Shown piece by piece: positions 1 to 9,398 of a stretch of 20,000 nucleotides of DNA. The position numbers and the translations under genes were made by a program. This stretch comes from an uncultured bacterium (lineage in GTDB: Bacteria > JAGOEH01). Numbering within the stretch: position 1 is the stretch's first letter; every line of letters starts with the position of its first letter. The stretch is taken from positions 114,909 through 134,908 of the forward strand of contig CAZWDO010000010.1 in NCBI GenBank assembly GCA_964632485.1. The letters run 5' to 3'. The notes under the pieces were generated by a model, which did not search any database, was not told the origin of the DNA, and saw only the letters and a program-made list of their open reading frames with translations.

Positions 1-987
1 GTGTTCCCGGCCAATAACGCGGCCAGCGCACAGGACCTCTATATCTATCAATACGATCCCGCAAATGAAGATTGGCTGGTCGTGCCACCTTCATACATCG
101 ATTCGGTGGATAAAAAAGTGGGGGCCGATCTGCTCAGCCTGGGTTATTGCGTATTGGGAAAACATTCGGCCACTTTGGCTAAAAATGCCGATGCCACCAG
201 CGATGGCGGAATTCAATATACCGGGACCAGCGGCTACTATTATACCCTGACCGTCGCCTCTTCCACTTATAAGTACGCGGCAACAACCGCATGGCTCGGC
301 AGCTCCGTGGGCAATACCTTCTCATCCGGACAGCTTTCCGCTGCCGGCGGTCCGAATCCAAGGGTCCGCGGTTTTCTGCCTCAGGGAACCTATACCTTTT
401 GGGTTTCTCGGACCCAGCCCGGTACTCTTAGCCAACTTCCCAAAGTTTATACCTACAGCGTGGTCGCCTCAGCGACGATCGATGGCCCCTTGACCTATTG
501 GGGCTGGGGTAATATCGACGAAAGCTCCTGGACCAATCTGCAGTTGCCCGGCGGCGGCGAATGGCGCGAAGGCTCCCCCGGCGAATGGGGAACTCCGACC
601 TCCACCTACGGTACCGGCGATTTCCAGGCGACTCTGACCTGGGTCAATACCGCTGAATCAAGTACCGATTTGGATTTGCATCTATACCGCACGGTTAGCG
701 GCGCCCAGGATATGCATGTCTATTATTCAAGTAAAACAGCGGCTGATGGTAGTTTCCAATTAGACCGCGACTGGTTGACTGAAACAGGCAATGCAATCGA
801 AAATATCTACAGTTTGACAACGCCCCTGCCCAAAGGACAATACACGCTCAAGGTCCATCATTATAGCGGTTCATATCCTAAACCCTGGAATGTGCGTGTC
901 ATTCGCAACTATTCCGTCCGAAACTATGGCAACACCATGACTCAGGATGACCAGGAAGTTACCATCACTCAGTTTACGATCAATTAA
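1..987 (+). CDS. 5'-truncated, probably secreted/surface protein with C-terminal YfaP/DUF2135-like domain
   Basis: Frame is open from base 1 (the true start is probably upstream) to TAA at 985-987. C-terminal motifs LTW...TDLDLHL...HVYYSSK...LDRD...GNAIENIY...GQYTLKVHHYSG match the YfaP/DUF2135-type pattern as I recall it. Ser/Thr/Gly/Tyr/Trp-rich, beta-strand-like composition. Confidence 0.75.
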   Translation: MFPANNAASAQDLYIYQYDPANEDWLVVPPSYIDSVDKKVGADLLSLGYCVLGKHSATLAKNADATSDGGIQYTGTSGYYYTLTVASSTYKYAATTAWLGSSVGNTFSSGQLSAAGGPNPRVRGFLPQGTYTFWVSRTQPGTLSQLPKVYTYSVVASATIDGPLTYWGWGNIDESSWTNLQLPGGGEWREGSPGEWGTPTSTYGTGDFQATLTWVNTAESSTDLDLHLYRTVSGAQDMHVYYSSKTAADGSFQLDRDWLTETGNAIENIYSLTTPLPKGQYTLKVHHYSGSYPKPWNVRVIRNYSVRNYGNTMTQDDQEVTITQFTIN

Positions 988-1030
988 CACTTTCCGGCCA
1001 ATCCGGATACTTTTATTTATTAACTTCCCC

Positions 1031-1070
1031 CTCTCCCGTCTGTTCATGCGGACGGGAGAGCTTTTTATTT
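1031..1070 (+). terminator. Rho-independent terminator
   Basis: Perfect 10-bp stem CTCTCCCGTC (1031-1040) / GACGGGAGAG (1051-1060) followed by CTTTTTATTT, about 45 nt after the stop of the first CDS. Confidence 0.85.
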
Positions 1071-1205
1071 AGTATGGAATATCGTTAGTATTATACTTGA
1101 AAAAAAATGCTAAAAAATTAATGGCATAGTTTGATTTTAATAACTGTATGATCCGTGTATAGCCAAAGTTAGCTGAAGTTATAAATTGAGTGGCGCTTAC
1201 CTATT

Positions 1206-1784
1206 TCAGAATTCTCTTAATCGGGGGATTTCCTCTGTCATCTGAATATGCCGTTCCTTTAACTGTTCGACCATTTCTTCAAGATGATCGGCTTGCTCTC
1301 CAAGGTATTCCCCGTGATTCTCAATTTTTTCTGATTCCCATTCCATTTTTTTTTCGAATTTCCGTTGAGCCTGGTCATCGAAACCCTCTGCGGCAAGCTT
1401 TATCACTTCCACAACCGAAACGACTCCTAACTGAAGCCCTTCCAAGCCAATTTTTACTCCTTCCCGTCCAATATCCCGGGTGAGTTTGGCAATTTCCATT
1501 GACGTTTCATAATACACTTCAACTAAGCGCTGTTGTTCGCTATCCAAAGGAACGAAATCGTCATTGTAATATAATTCTTTTTTGTCGTCAATGCGGGCGG
1601 TGTTCCGGGTTTCCATGTTCTCTATGATGATTTGATCCTTGTTAAATCGAATCTTGACATGGCCCAACTCTTTTATTGTAAACGAATTAAACCCCAGAAT
1701 TCCCAATTCGGAAATTTCAGAATGTGAAAAAACTGGCAACTGAAACGATAACAACAAAATTGCAAACAATAGTATCTGTTTCAT
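1206..1784 (-). CDS. Secreted YggN/DUF2884-like protein (192 aa)
   Basis: Signal peptide MKQILLFAILLLSFQLPVFS; AAGGAG RBS just upstream. The pattern 'ARID...ELYYND..VPLDSEQQRLVEVYY', a long helical region and the C-terminal 'EEIPRLREF' resemble YggN/DUF2884. Confidence 0.7.
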   Translation of the reverse strand: MKQILLFAILLLSFQLPVFSHSEISELGILGFNSFTIKELGHVKIRFNKDQIIIENMETRNTARIDDKKELYYNDDFVPLDSEQQRLVEVYYETSMEIAKLTRDIGREGVKIGLEGLQLGVVSVVEVIKLAAEGFDDQAQRKFEKKMEWESEKIENHGEYLGEQADHLEEMVEQLKERHIQMTEEIPRLREF

Positions 1785-1806
1785 AAGAACTCCTTTTTAT
1801 AGGGTA

Positions 1807-1832
1807 TACGAAATAAATAGAAAAAAGTTTCC
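1807..1832 (-). promoter_or_regulatory. ECF sigma factor-type promoter (GGAAAC-N16-CGTA) for the YggN-like gene
   Basis: Minus strand reads GGAAAC (1832-1827), a 16-nt spacer, then CGTA (1810-1807), about 22 nt upstream of the ATG. Close to the B. subtilis SigW-type consensus TGAAAC-N16-CGTA. Confidence 0.6.
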
Positions 1833-1883
1833 CTCTTTACCATTTTGTACCCCTGAAATGGCAATATACTAGCGCATATCAAC

Positions 1884-1920
1884 GGGGTTTGACAATGAAA
1901 GTATCACAAACCCCTTTTTT
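1884..1920 (+). terminator. Terminator-like hairpin in divergent intergenic region
   Basis: GGGGTTTG (1884-1891) / CAAACCCC (1907-1914) 8-bp stem, 15-nt loop, followed by T6 (1915-1920). Confidence 0.4.
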
Positions 1921-2252
1921 AGCATATTCAACTCGGCTGACAGTCGCTATTTATAGCAGGAAAACACAGATATGCTGTTTTTTTAATATGTAATTGTTGA
2001 AAAAGTAGCAATCCCTGTTGATAAATCAGCATTAATTGGGGGGTAGATTAGGTTTAATAAGCGGATGGATTGGGTTAATCGGCTCGATCTTCTTTTTATT
2101 TAATAAGTTCCCACTGATTAAGCATTAAATAAAGATAATGGCACGAAAAGTGCATTTAGCACATTGGATGTTTCGGGCCAGTTTTTTAGAAGACTTTAGC
2201 TTTAAAAAAAGAGAATTTAAAATGAAGCGCAAAGAACTCATCAATTTTTAAC

Positions 2253-2281
2253 TTGACAAAGAGAAGGATAAATATTATTTT
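2253..2281 (+). promoter_or_regulatory. Putative sigma70 promoter of efflux operon
   Basis: TTGACA (2253-2258), 17-nt spacer, TATTTT (2276-2281), about 100 nt upstream of the MFP start; AGGAGG RBS before ATG 2384. Confidence 0.5.
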
Positions 2282-2383
2282 TGCAATATTGTTCTAAATT
2301 AGGAATAACGTCAGGAGTGAACGATAAAACGTCTGATAACTATTCTCTCTATAATTAAAATTTTTATTAATTCAGGAGGAATC

Positions 2384-3412
2384 ATGAGTATGAGAAAACT
2401 ATCCTTTTTTTTGGGGATTTTAGCGCTTTTGGGCCTAGGGTGTGGTACAGAAAAAGAAGAGACGAAGAATATGGAGCAGATTTATCAGGAAGAGGGAGTT
2501 CCGGTACGCGTCTCTAAAGTTGAGCCAGTGGAATTTGAAACCTATGTGTTATACCATGCGACGGTAAAAGGGTGGCGGGAATCCTCCTGTTTTGCCGGGT
2601 TATCGGATCCCGTTGAAAAGATATATGTGAAGGTGGGGGATCAGGTTCGGGAGGATCAGCGTTTGATGAGTTTTCCGCAGGATAATCCCCAGGCCAGTTA
2701 TTATCAGGCAAAAGCTGCGTATGATAATGCGGAGGCGACATTTCGGCGAATGGAAAAATTGGTGGCTGAAGGCGGTATTTCCAGTCAGGAATTTGATAAT
2801 GTCCGCATGGGATATAACGTGGCATTGTCCAATTGGAATGCGGTCCAGCAAAATGTGCATGTATTATCCCCATTAAACGGCGTAGTTACCAAGCTGGCAG
2901 TACAGGAATATAATAATGTCGAGCCGGGGGACCCGTTATGCACAATTTCACAAATGGAAAAAATTCGCGCTCAAATCTGGATGTCGGAAGAAGAAGTCTG
3001 CCAAACACAAACAGGTGGTGAGGCCTGGGTGAATTGGCAGGGGGGGCGAGTGAATGGGAAAATTGTTTCATTAGACCAGGCAATGGACATGGATCGTAAA
3101 GCCTTTGGCGCAATCGTGGAATTTCCCAATCCCGGAAGCCGTATTCGTTGCGGTATTACGGTGGAAATCGGAGTGCGGACCTATTCCAGTCCGAATTCAA
3201 TCGTTGTCGCTCGCCAAGCTATTAATAGCGATGGGGAGAATTTTTTTGTCTATATAGCCGAGGGGAATATCGCCCGGAAACGCGAAGTTGCGCTCGGCCG
3301 GAGTAACGGTCTTAACGTTGAGCTGGAAAAAGGACTCAATGACGGTGAGTTACTGGTTGTGGAGGGTCAATTGTTGTTGTCCGACGGCGCTAAACTGAAG
3401 ATTGTGAATTGA
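2384..3412 (+). CDS. RND efflux periplasmic adaptor (membrane fusion protein), probable lipoprotein
   Basis: Lipobox-like LGLGC at Cys20; lipoyl-half motifs 'VEKIYVKVGDQVREDQRL' and 'SPLNGVV'; helical hairpin; C-terminal 'GLNDGELLVVEGQLLLSDGAKLKI'; lies directly upstream of the RND gene. Confidence 0.93.
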   Translation: MSMRKLSFFLGILALLGLGCGTEKEETKNMEQIYQEEGVPVRVSKVEPVEFETYVLYHATVKGWRESSCFAGLSDPVEKIYVKVGDQVREDQRLMSFPQDNPQASYYQAKAAYDNAEATFRRMEKLVAEGGISSQEFDNVRMGYNVALSNWNAVQQNVHVLSPLNGVVTKLAVQEYNNVEPGDPLCTISQMEKIRAQIWMSEEEVCQTQTGGEAWVNWQGGRVNGKIVSLDQAMDMDRKAFGAIVEFPNPGSRIRCGITVEIGVRTYSSPNSIVVARQAINSDGENFFVYIAEGNIARKREVALGRSNGLNVELEKGLNDGELLVVEGQLLLSDGAKLKIVN

Positions 3413-3421
3413 GGACGCTCT

Positions 3422-6400
3422 ATGTTTATTTCAAAACTTTCTATCGATCGTCCGATTATGATAAGTATGGGGCTGGTGGTTTTTTTACTTTTCGGCTTTT
3501 TGGCATATTTTACTCTACCCCTTAATACTATGCCTGATGTTGAATTAGGATATGTTAGCATACAAACTGTCTATCCCGGCGCCGGACCCCGGGAAATCGA
3601 AACCCAGATCACTAAAAAAATTGAGGATGCTGTAGGCACAATTAGTAAGATTGATTGGATCAAATCCTATTCCATGGAAGGCGCTTCGATTATTATTATT
3701 AAATTTTTACTCGGGAAAGACCCAAATATCGCCAACCAGGAAATAAAGGACAAGGTCAATGCCATTCTCAGTCAATTACCCCGTGATGCGGAATTGCCGG
3801 TAATTGAAAAATTTGATTTCAGCGCGATCCCGATCATGGATATCATTTTGACCGGTACTGTAGGAACTCGTGAACTCTATGAGGTGGCTGACAAACGTCT
3901 CAAGGATCGGTTATCTCAAGTTGATGGCGTGGCTAAAGTCGATATCACCGGCGGCCAGGAACGTGAAATCCGGGTGGAATTGGATAACCGGATTGTGGTG
4001 GAGAACTCACTTTCTTTGATTCAGCTTTCGCAAATTCTGGCTGCGCATAATCTGGATTTGCCGGGTGGGCATTTTATCGAGGGTTCACAGGAATACACTG
4101 TTCGTATGAAAGGTGAATATAACCGGGTGGAGGAAATTGAAAATCTGGATGTTCCCACACCGTTCGGCATTAAAAAAATGGGTCGTTTGGCGAGCGTCAA
4201 AGATAGCGCCTCCGAAGCGCGTGAACGGACAATTTACTATGATAAAGCGACTCAAATCAGGGAAGACAATGCTATTCTGCTGAGTATTGTTAAAAGCTCC
4301 GACGGGAATGCTGTGCAGATGTCCGCCCAAATCCGTCGCTTATTGCCCTCGTTGAAGGAGAATTTGCCGCCAGGCTGCGCTTTAAATGTTGTCCGCGACG
4401 ACTCGGAGTTTACGAAAAGTAGTGTGGATGACACGATCAGCAATATCATCATGGGTATTTTTCTCACCGGATTAGTTCTACTTTTCTTCCTTCATGATTT
4501 ACGCTCAACTATCATCGTAGCATTGGCAATGCCTATGTCAATCCTTTCCACGTTCATGCTGATGCAAGTATCAGGGTTTTCCCTGAATATTATGACCTTA
4601 ATGGGATTGTCAACATCCGTCGGTATTCTCGTCACCAATTCGGTGGTTGTTTTAGAGAATATTTTCAGGCATAAAGAGATGGGACATCGGCGACGGATTG
4701 CCGCGGATCGTGGAACAGCGGAGATTGCTGTGGCGGTCTTAGCCTCCACGCTGACGAATATCGTTGTGTTTTTGCCCATTGCTTCTATGACCAGTCTGGT
4801 AGGGCAGTTTTTTAAGGAATTTGCCTTGACGGTAACCTACGCCACTATTTTTTCTCTGTTGATTTCATTTACATTGACTCCGATGCTGGCATCGCTGATT
4901 CTGCCTGATGTCGATAAAAAGAAACATCCATTGGGAAAAAGGCTGGAAGGTATTTTCCATCAGTGGGAGAGTGTCTATAAGAAAGCGCTTGGCGCGATTG
5001 TCCGCAAAAAGCGCTATGCTTTTTTAGTAGTGGCCGCCGCTGTTATCGCCTTTATTTTAAGTTTGTTTGTTGCCGGCAAAGTTGGCTTTGAGTTCATGCC
5101 CACCCTGGATGAAGGCAATCTGACTATTGAAGTCGAGCTTCCGCAAGGATATCAAATCGATGTAACGGCAAAATTGTTGCAGGAAATGGAAACACGGGTC
5201 AGCAACTATCCGGAAGTGAAACACATTATTACGACCCTGGGATCGATTAGTGATCTGGATGTGGGGACCAATATGGCCAGGATGCAGGTGAAACTGGTAG
5301 AAGCGCAAAAACGTGAGCGTTCCAGCGAGAGCATGGCCAACTTGCTGATCCAAAAATTTTCCGATATCCCCAATGCTAAAATCCGGGTATCCGCTTTAGC
5401 TCAGGGAGGCAGCGGTGAAGCTCCGTTACAATTTAGCTTGATGGGACAAGATTTGGATCGGTTGGAGCTTTATAAAGCGGATGTGGTTGAAAGAATTAAA
5501 GATATCCCTGGCCTGATTAATCTCAATACCAGTTCGCGCCCCGGGAAACCGGAATTGGTGCTGACGCCTGACCGGCGAAAATTAGCCGAGGTGGGGATTA
5601 CGGTCTATGAAATTGCCATGACATTGCGCGCGGCGGTCGAGGGATTGATTGCGACTCGCTATCGCGAAAGCGGCAATGAATACGATATCCGCATCCTCTA
5701 CCAGGAAGAGTCGGTTTCAAGTCCCGAGCAAATTGCTGATTTGTCCGTGGCGACCCCACAAGGGATGATGCGGCTGAGCCAGTTGGCAACGATCACATTT
5801 GCCAACGGTTTTAGTCAGATACTGCGTAAAGATAAGGCGAAAACAATCGATATCAGCGGATATACCGCTCCCGGGTATCCGTTGGGAGATGTCGTGAACG
5901 TGGTGAAGAATCGATTGTCTGATATTCAGTTTGAAGAAGGCTATAAAATCGATTGGGGCGGCGATGTACAGATGATGCAGGAAACGATCAGCGATATGTT
6001 GCGTACGTTTCTTATTGCTTTTATTCTGACTTACATGTTGTTGGCGGCAATCCTGGAGAGTCTGACCCAACCCTTTATGATAATGGGAACAGTGCCGCTG
6101 GCGCTAATCGGTGTGTTCCTGGCATTGTACGTGACCGGTAAGACGATGAATACCATCTCCATGATGGCGATTATCATGCTGATCGGAATTGTGGTCAACA
6201 ATGCGATCCTCTTATTAGACTATACCAACCAACTGCGGCGTGATGGGAAAGATGTTGTTTCCGCGTTAGTTGAGGCCTGCCCGACAAAGCTTAAGGCGAT
6301 CCTCATGTCCACTGTGGCGATTGTTTTGGGGATGTTGCCCATGGCCCTGGGCATGGGAGCCGCCGGTAAAGAGTTTCGACAACCCATGGGCATCGTCAGT

Positions 6401-6508
6401 ATCGGGGGATTGATTGTTTCAGCCTTTTTAACGCTGTTCGTGATTCCCGCCCTCTATCGCCTGACAACAAAACAGATCAAGGAGACAGTTCATGAATCGG
6501 ATCATTAA
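3422..6508 (+). CDS. RND efflux transporter permease (AcrB/AcrD/AcrF, HAE1-like family), 1028 aa
   Basis: N-terminal 'SIDRPI', 'YPGAGPREIETQITKKIEDAV', two large periplasmic loops, two clusters of hydrophobic TM segments, 'VVVLENIFR', 'NAILLLDY', 'QPMGIVSIGGL'. Confidence 0.96.
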   Translation: MFISKLSIDRPIMISMGLVVFLLFGFLAYFTLPLNTMPDVELGYVSIQTVYPGAGPREIETQITKKIEDAVGTISKIDWIKSYSMEGASIIIIKFLLGKDPNIANQEIKDKVNAILSQLPRDAELPVIEKFDFSAIPIMDIILTGTVGTRELYEVADKRLKDRLSQVDGVAKVDITGGQEREIRVELDNRIVVENSLSLIQLSQILAAHNLDLPGGHFIEGSQEYTVRMKGEYNRVEEIENLDVPTPFGIKKMGRLASVKDSASEARERTIYYDKATQIREDNAILLSIVKSSDGNAVQMSAQIRRLLPSLKENLPPGCALNVVRDDSEFTKSSVDDTISNIIMGIFLTGLVLLFFLHDLRSTIIVALAMPMSILSTFMLMQVSGFSLNIMTLMGLSTSVGILVTNSVVVLENIFRHKEMGHRRRIAADRGTAEIAVAVLASTLTNIVVFLPIASMTSLVGQFFKEFALTVTYATIFSLLISFTLTPMLASLILPDVDKKKHPLGKRLEGIFHQWESVYKKALGAIVRKKRYAFLVVAAAVIAFILSLFVAGKVGFEFMPTLDEGNLTIEVELPQGYQIDVTAKLLQEMETRVSNYPEVKHIITTLGSISDLDVGTNMARMQVKLVEAQKRERSSESMANLLIQKFSDIPNAKIRVSALAQGGSGEAPLQFSLMGQDLDRLELYKADVVERIKDIPGLINLNTSSRPGKPELVLTPDRRKLAEVGITVYEIAMTLRAAVEGLIATRYRESGNEYDIRILYQEESVSSPEQIADLSVATPQGMMRLSQLATITFANGFSQILRKDKAKTIDISGYTAPGYPLGDVVNVVKNRLSDIQFEEGYKIDWGGDVQMMQETISDMLRTFLIAFILTYMLLAAILESLTQPFMIMGTVPLALIGVFLALYVTGKTMNTISMMAIIMLIGIVVNNAILLLDYTNQLRRDGKDVVSALVEACPTKLKAILMSTVAIVLGMLPMALGMGAAGKEFRQPMGIVSIGGLIVSAFLTLFVIPALYRLTTKQIKETVHESDH

Positions 6509-7835
6509 TTCGGGACTTGTTCTATGGGTTTTGCTTCTGTGTTGGGGATCGAGTTTGAAAAGTTCAAGCATCCTTTATGCAAAAGCCATCACTTTGGAAC
6601 AGTTTATAACAGCAGTCAGGGAAAACAACCTGGACCTGGCGCTAGCGGAACAGGAATTGGCCATGGCCGGCGCTATCAAGAAAGAAGCCTGGTCCACGGC
6701 ATTTCCTAAGTTTACTGCCGAGGGCAGCTATAATCGCAATCTATTGGATAATTATATGTTCGTTGAAATGCCCGATTTCGAAACGGGTGAAGTATCGGTG
6801 CAAAAATTCAAATTCAGCTTTAAGAATGAGTACGCTTTTAATGCCGTGATGAGTCAGACTCTTTTTAGTTTTCGTGTTAATAATGCGTTGAAAGCGGCGA
6901 GCGAATATGGTAAAATGACCGATTTTATTTATAATGCCACCCAACAGGGGGTGATTTCTACCTCTAAAAAACTTTTTTATCAGACATTGCTTTTAAAAGA
7001 AGTTTTACGTATCCAAAGCGAAGCGGAAACCAATGCCCGGGAAAACTATGAGCAACTTAAAAAGAAATATGATCAGGGAGTGGTTTCGGAATTGCAGTTA
7101 CTACAAGCCGAAGTCCGTTGGCGTAACCAGATTCCCGAGCAAACCGCTGCGCGCAGAAATTGTGAGCTTGCTCTCAATCAAATAAAATATCTGTCCGGAG
7201 TGTCGATCGATTCAAGTCTTGATATTACCGGTGATCTCGAGCAGTTCCCCATCCTTCCGCAACCAATCCAAATCGCCCAGGTCCTGCAACAAAGACCCGA
7301 TTATAATGCGGTGTTGTGGGAAGAGAGATTGCGGCTGACAGGAGTGAAAGCCCAAAAAGCGGATTATTTTCCGTCTTTGAACGGAACCTTTGTCTATCTG
7401 TTCAATGCCGTCTCCGACCAGTTCCAATTGGATAATCGCAATGAGAATTATCGGGTGGGGCTGACCCTTTCGATACCGATCTGGTTGGGTGGTTATACCG
7501 GCGCCCAAGCGCAAAAGGCTCGCATTGATCTGGAAAAGAACCGGATTCGTAAAGAGCAGATGAGCGAGACAATCCAGGCTGATTTAAAGAATATTTATGT
7601 GCGTTTGCAAGAAGCCCATGAGCGGATCAATGCTGCACAGAATACTCAGAAGGCGGCGGAAAAAGGATTTCGAATCGCTCAAATCAGCGCGGATAACGGT
7701 TTGATTACCCAGTTTGAACTTAATGAAACCCGTTTATATTTTGACCAGGCGCAATTGAATTATTATGCGGCGATTTATGACTATCTGGCTGCCTGGTTCG
7801 ATTGGGAATACACGGTTGGACAGGTCAAAGAATAA
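6492..7835 (+). CDS. TolC-family outer membrane efflux protein
   Basis: Signal peptide; duplicated OEP architecture ('AFPKFTAEGSY', 'QRPD', 'DYFPSLNG', 'GLTLSIPIWLGG', 'GVVSELQLLQAE', 'GLITQFEL'); overlaps the RND 3' end by 17 nt. Confidence 0.92.
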   Translation: MNRIINSGLVLWVLLLCWGSSLKSSSILYAKAITLEQFITAVRENNLDLALAEQELAMAGAIKKEAWSTAFPKFTAEGSYNRNLLDNYMFVEMPDFETGEVSVQKFKFSFKNEYAFNAVMSQTLFSFRVNNALKAASEYGKMTDFIYNATQQGVISTSKKLFYQTLLLKEVLRIQSEAETNARENYEQLKKKYDQGVVSELQLLQAEVRWRNQIPEQTAARRNCELALNQIKYLSGVSIDSSLDITGDLEQFPILPQPIQIAQVLQQRPDYNAVLWEERLRLTGVKAQKADYFPSLNGTFVYLFNAVSDQFQLDNRNENYRVGLTLSIPIWLGGYTGAQAQKARIDLEKNRIRKEQMSETIQADLKNIYVRLQEAHERINAAQNTQKAAEKGFRIAQISADNGLITQFELNETRLYFDQAQLNYYAAIYDYLAAWFDWEYTVGQVKE

Positions 7836-7916
7836 CTTTATAATCCCGGGGGAATCCCGGATTCAGGTTGATAGTCATGTGTTGTTTGGTATCAATGCAT
7901 AAGTGGAGGAAATGAG

Positions 7917-8273
7917 ATGAATCCATCCATAATTACTGTTCTAATGCTCGTTTGCAGTAACGTGTTCATGACGTTTGCCTGGTACGGCCATTTGCGGAAC
8001 ATGGCTCACAAGTCCTGGTTGATCGCCGCTTTGGTCAGTTGGAGCATTGCGCTTTTCGAGTATTTACTGCAAGTGCCGGCCAACCGTATTGGCCATCAGG
8101 TGATGTCGGTCGGCCAACTGAAGATCATCCAGGAAGTGATCACGCTAATTGTGTTTGTTCCGTTTTCTGTTATTTACCTGCGAGAACGGCTGACCCTCGA
8201 TTATTTGTGGGCGGGACTCTGCCTGCTGGGCGCGGTCTTTTTCCTGTTCCGCGCCAAGGGGATCGCTGCTTGA
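7917..8273 (+). CDS. DMT-family small membrane protein (DUF486/DMT_6-like)
   Basis: Hallmark motifs 'SNVFMTFAWYGHL', 'SWSIALFEYLLQVPANRIG', 'QLKIIQEVITL'; GGAGG RBS upstream. Confidence 0.9.
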   Translation: MNPSIITVLMLVCSNVFMTFAWYGHLRNMAHKSWLIAALVSWSIALFEYLLQVPANRIGHQVMSVGQLKIIQEVITLIVFVPFSVIYLRERLTLDYLWAGLCLLGAVFFLFRAKGIAA

Positions 8274-8336
8274 CACCTAATCCCGCACCGTTTGTTTCAA
8301 CTCTAAAAATAGTTCACTTTTACCTGGAGAAATTTT

Positions 8337-9299
8337 ATGCAGAATATTGTAGCCTTATTGTGGATTGCGCTGGGTATGTTCATGATCGTGCGTTCGGCTG
8401 ATTATTTGGTAAAAGGCGCGGCATCTTTCGCCAAAAAACATCGAATATCTGAAATCGTCATTGGATTGACGATCGTTTCCTTCGGCACTTCCGCGCCGGA
8501 ACTGATCGTCAGCACGCTATCCGCCTGGCAGGGACATAGTTCGATCGCCATCGGCAATGTATTGGGAAGCAATATCTTCAATATTTTGCTGATTTTAGGA
8601 ATTTCCGGATTAATATTTCCCCTTCAGGTGCAGCGCAATACAGTATGGAAAGAAATTCCGCTGGCGTTGGCGGCGGTGATTGTCATGCTGGTGATGGCCA
8701 ACGATCAATGGCTGGACGCTCAGCCTTTCAGTCTGATTTCGCGCAGCGAAGGGATTGTTTTGCTGCTTTTCTTCGCTATCTTTCTCGTTTATGTGTTTGT
8801 TATCGCCAAAGTGGAAGGCGATGAACAGACTGCGGTTGAAATTTACAGCTCTCAGTGGATGTTTTTCTATATTCTGGGCGGACTGGTGGGTTTATTCATC
8901 GGCGGCCGTCTGGTGGTCAATCATGGGGTCGAAATCGCTACAGCCTTCGGGATCAGCGAAAAGCTGATCGGCTTAACTCTGATCGCCATCGGCACCTCAC
9001 TGCCCGAATTGGCAACTTCGGTAGTCGCCGCCTGGCGCAAAAATTCCGATATTGCCATTGGCAATATCATTGGTTCCAATATTTTCAATATTTTCTTCAT
9101 CCTCGGAACAAGCGCCGTTATTGCGCCTTTGCCCTTCGAAATTCAATTGAATGCGGATATGCTGGTGCTGCTGCTGGCAACCATTTTCATCTTCATTTTT
9201 ATGTTCACCGGCCAGAAACGGCGGCTGGATCGCTGGGAAGCCGCGCTTTTTCTGGCGATTTATATCGGGTACACGACGTTTATCATCCTGCGCAAATAA
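8337..9299 (+). CDS. yrbG: Calcium/sodium antiporter (CaCA family, YrbG-like)
   Basis: Two alpha-repeats: GTSAPEL...GNVLGSNIFN and GTSLPEL...GNIIGSNIFN; about 10 hydrophobic segments; GGAG RBS. Confidence 0.93.
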   Translation: MQNIVALLWIALGMFMIVRSADYLVKGAASFAKKHRISEIVIGLTIVSFGTSAPELIVSTLSAWQGHSSIAIGNVLGSNIFNILLILGISGLIFPLQVQRNTVWKEIPLALAAVIVMLVMANDQWLDAQPFSLISRSEGIVLLLFFAIFLVYVFVIAKVEGDEQTAVEIYSSQWMFFYILGGLVGLFIGGRLVVNHGVEIATAFGISEKLIGLTLIAIGTSLPELATSVVAAWRKNSDIAIGNIIGSNIFNIFFILGTSAVIAPLPFEIQLNADMLVLLLATIFIFIFMFTGQKRRLDRWEAALFLAIYIGYTTFIILRK

Positions 9300-9369
9300 T
9301 TCTCCAAACTTCTTGTTCGCGCGTATAGGCATGGTCGCGTAAAGGAAAAATCCAACCTGAAATAAAGCC

Positions 9370-9398
9370 TTGACAAAAGTTGGTTCAGATTTTATGTT
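9370..9398 (+). promoter_or_regulatory. Putative sigma70 promoter of the R-M gene
   Basis: TTGACA (9370-9375), 17-nt spacer, TATGTT (9393-9398); AAGGAG RBS before GTG 9525. Confidence 0.6.

Noticed and set aside
1346..1354. T9 tract (A9 on coding strand) as a phase-variation site
   Set aside because: It encodes E-K-K-M in frame in an AT-rich gene. No poly-G tract like that of phase-variable Cj0031 was seen in the R-M gene either.
7842..7863. Hairpin after the TolC-type gene as a terminator
   Set aside because: Short bulged stem without a following U-tract; it may only be an mRNA-stabilising structure.
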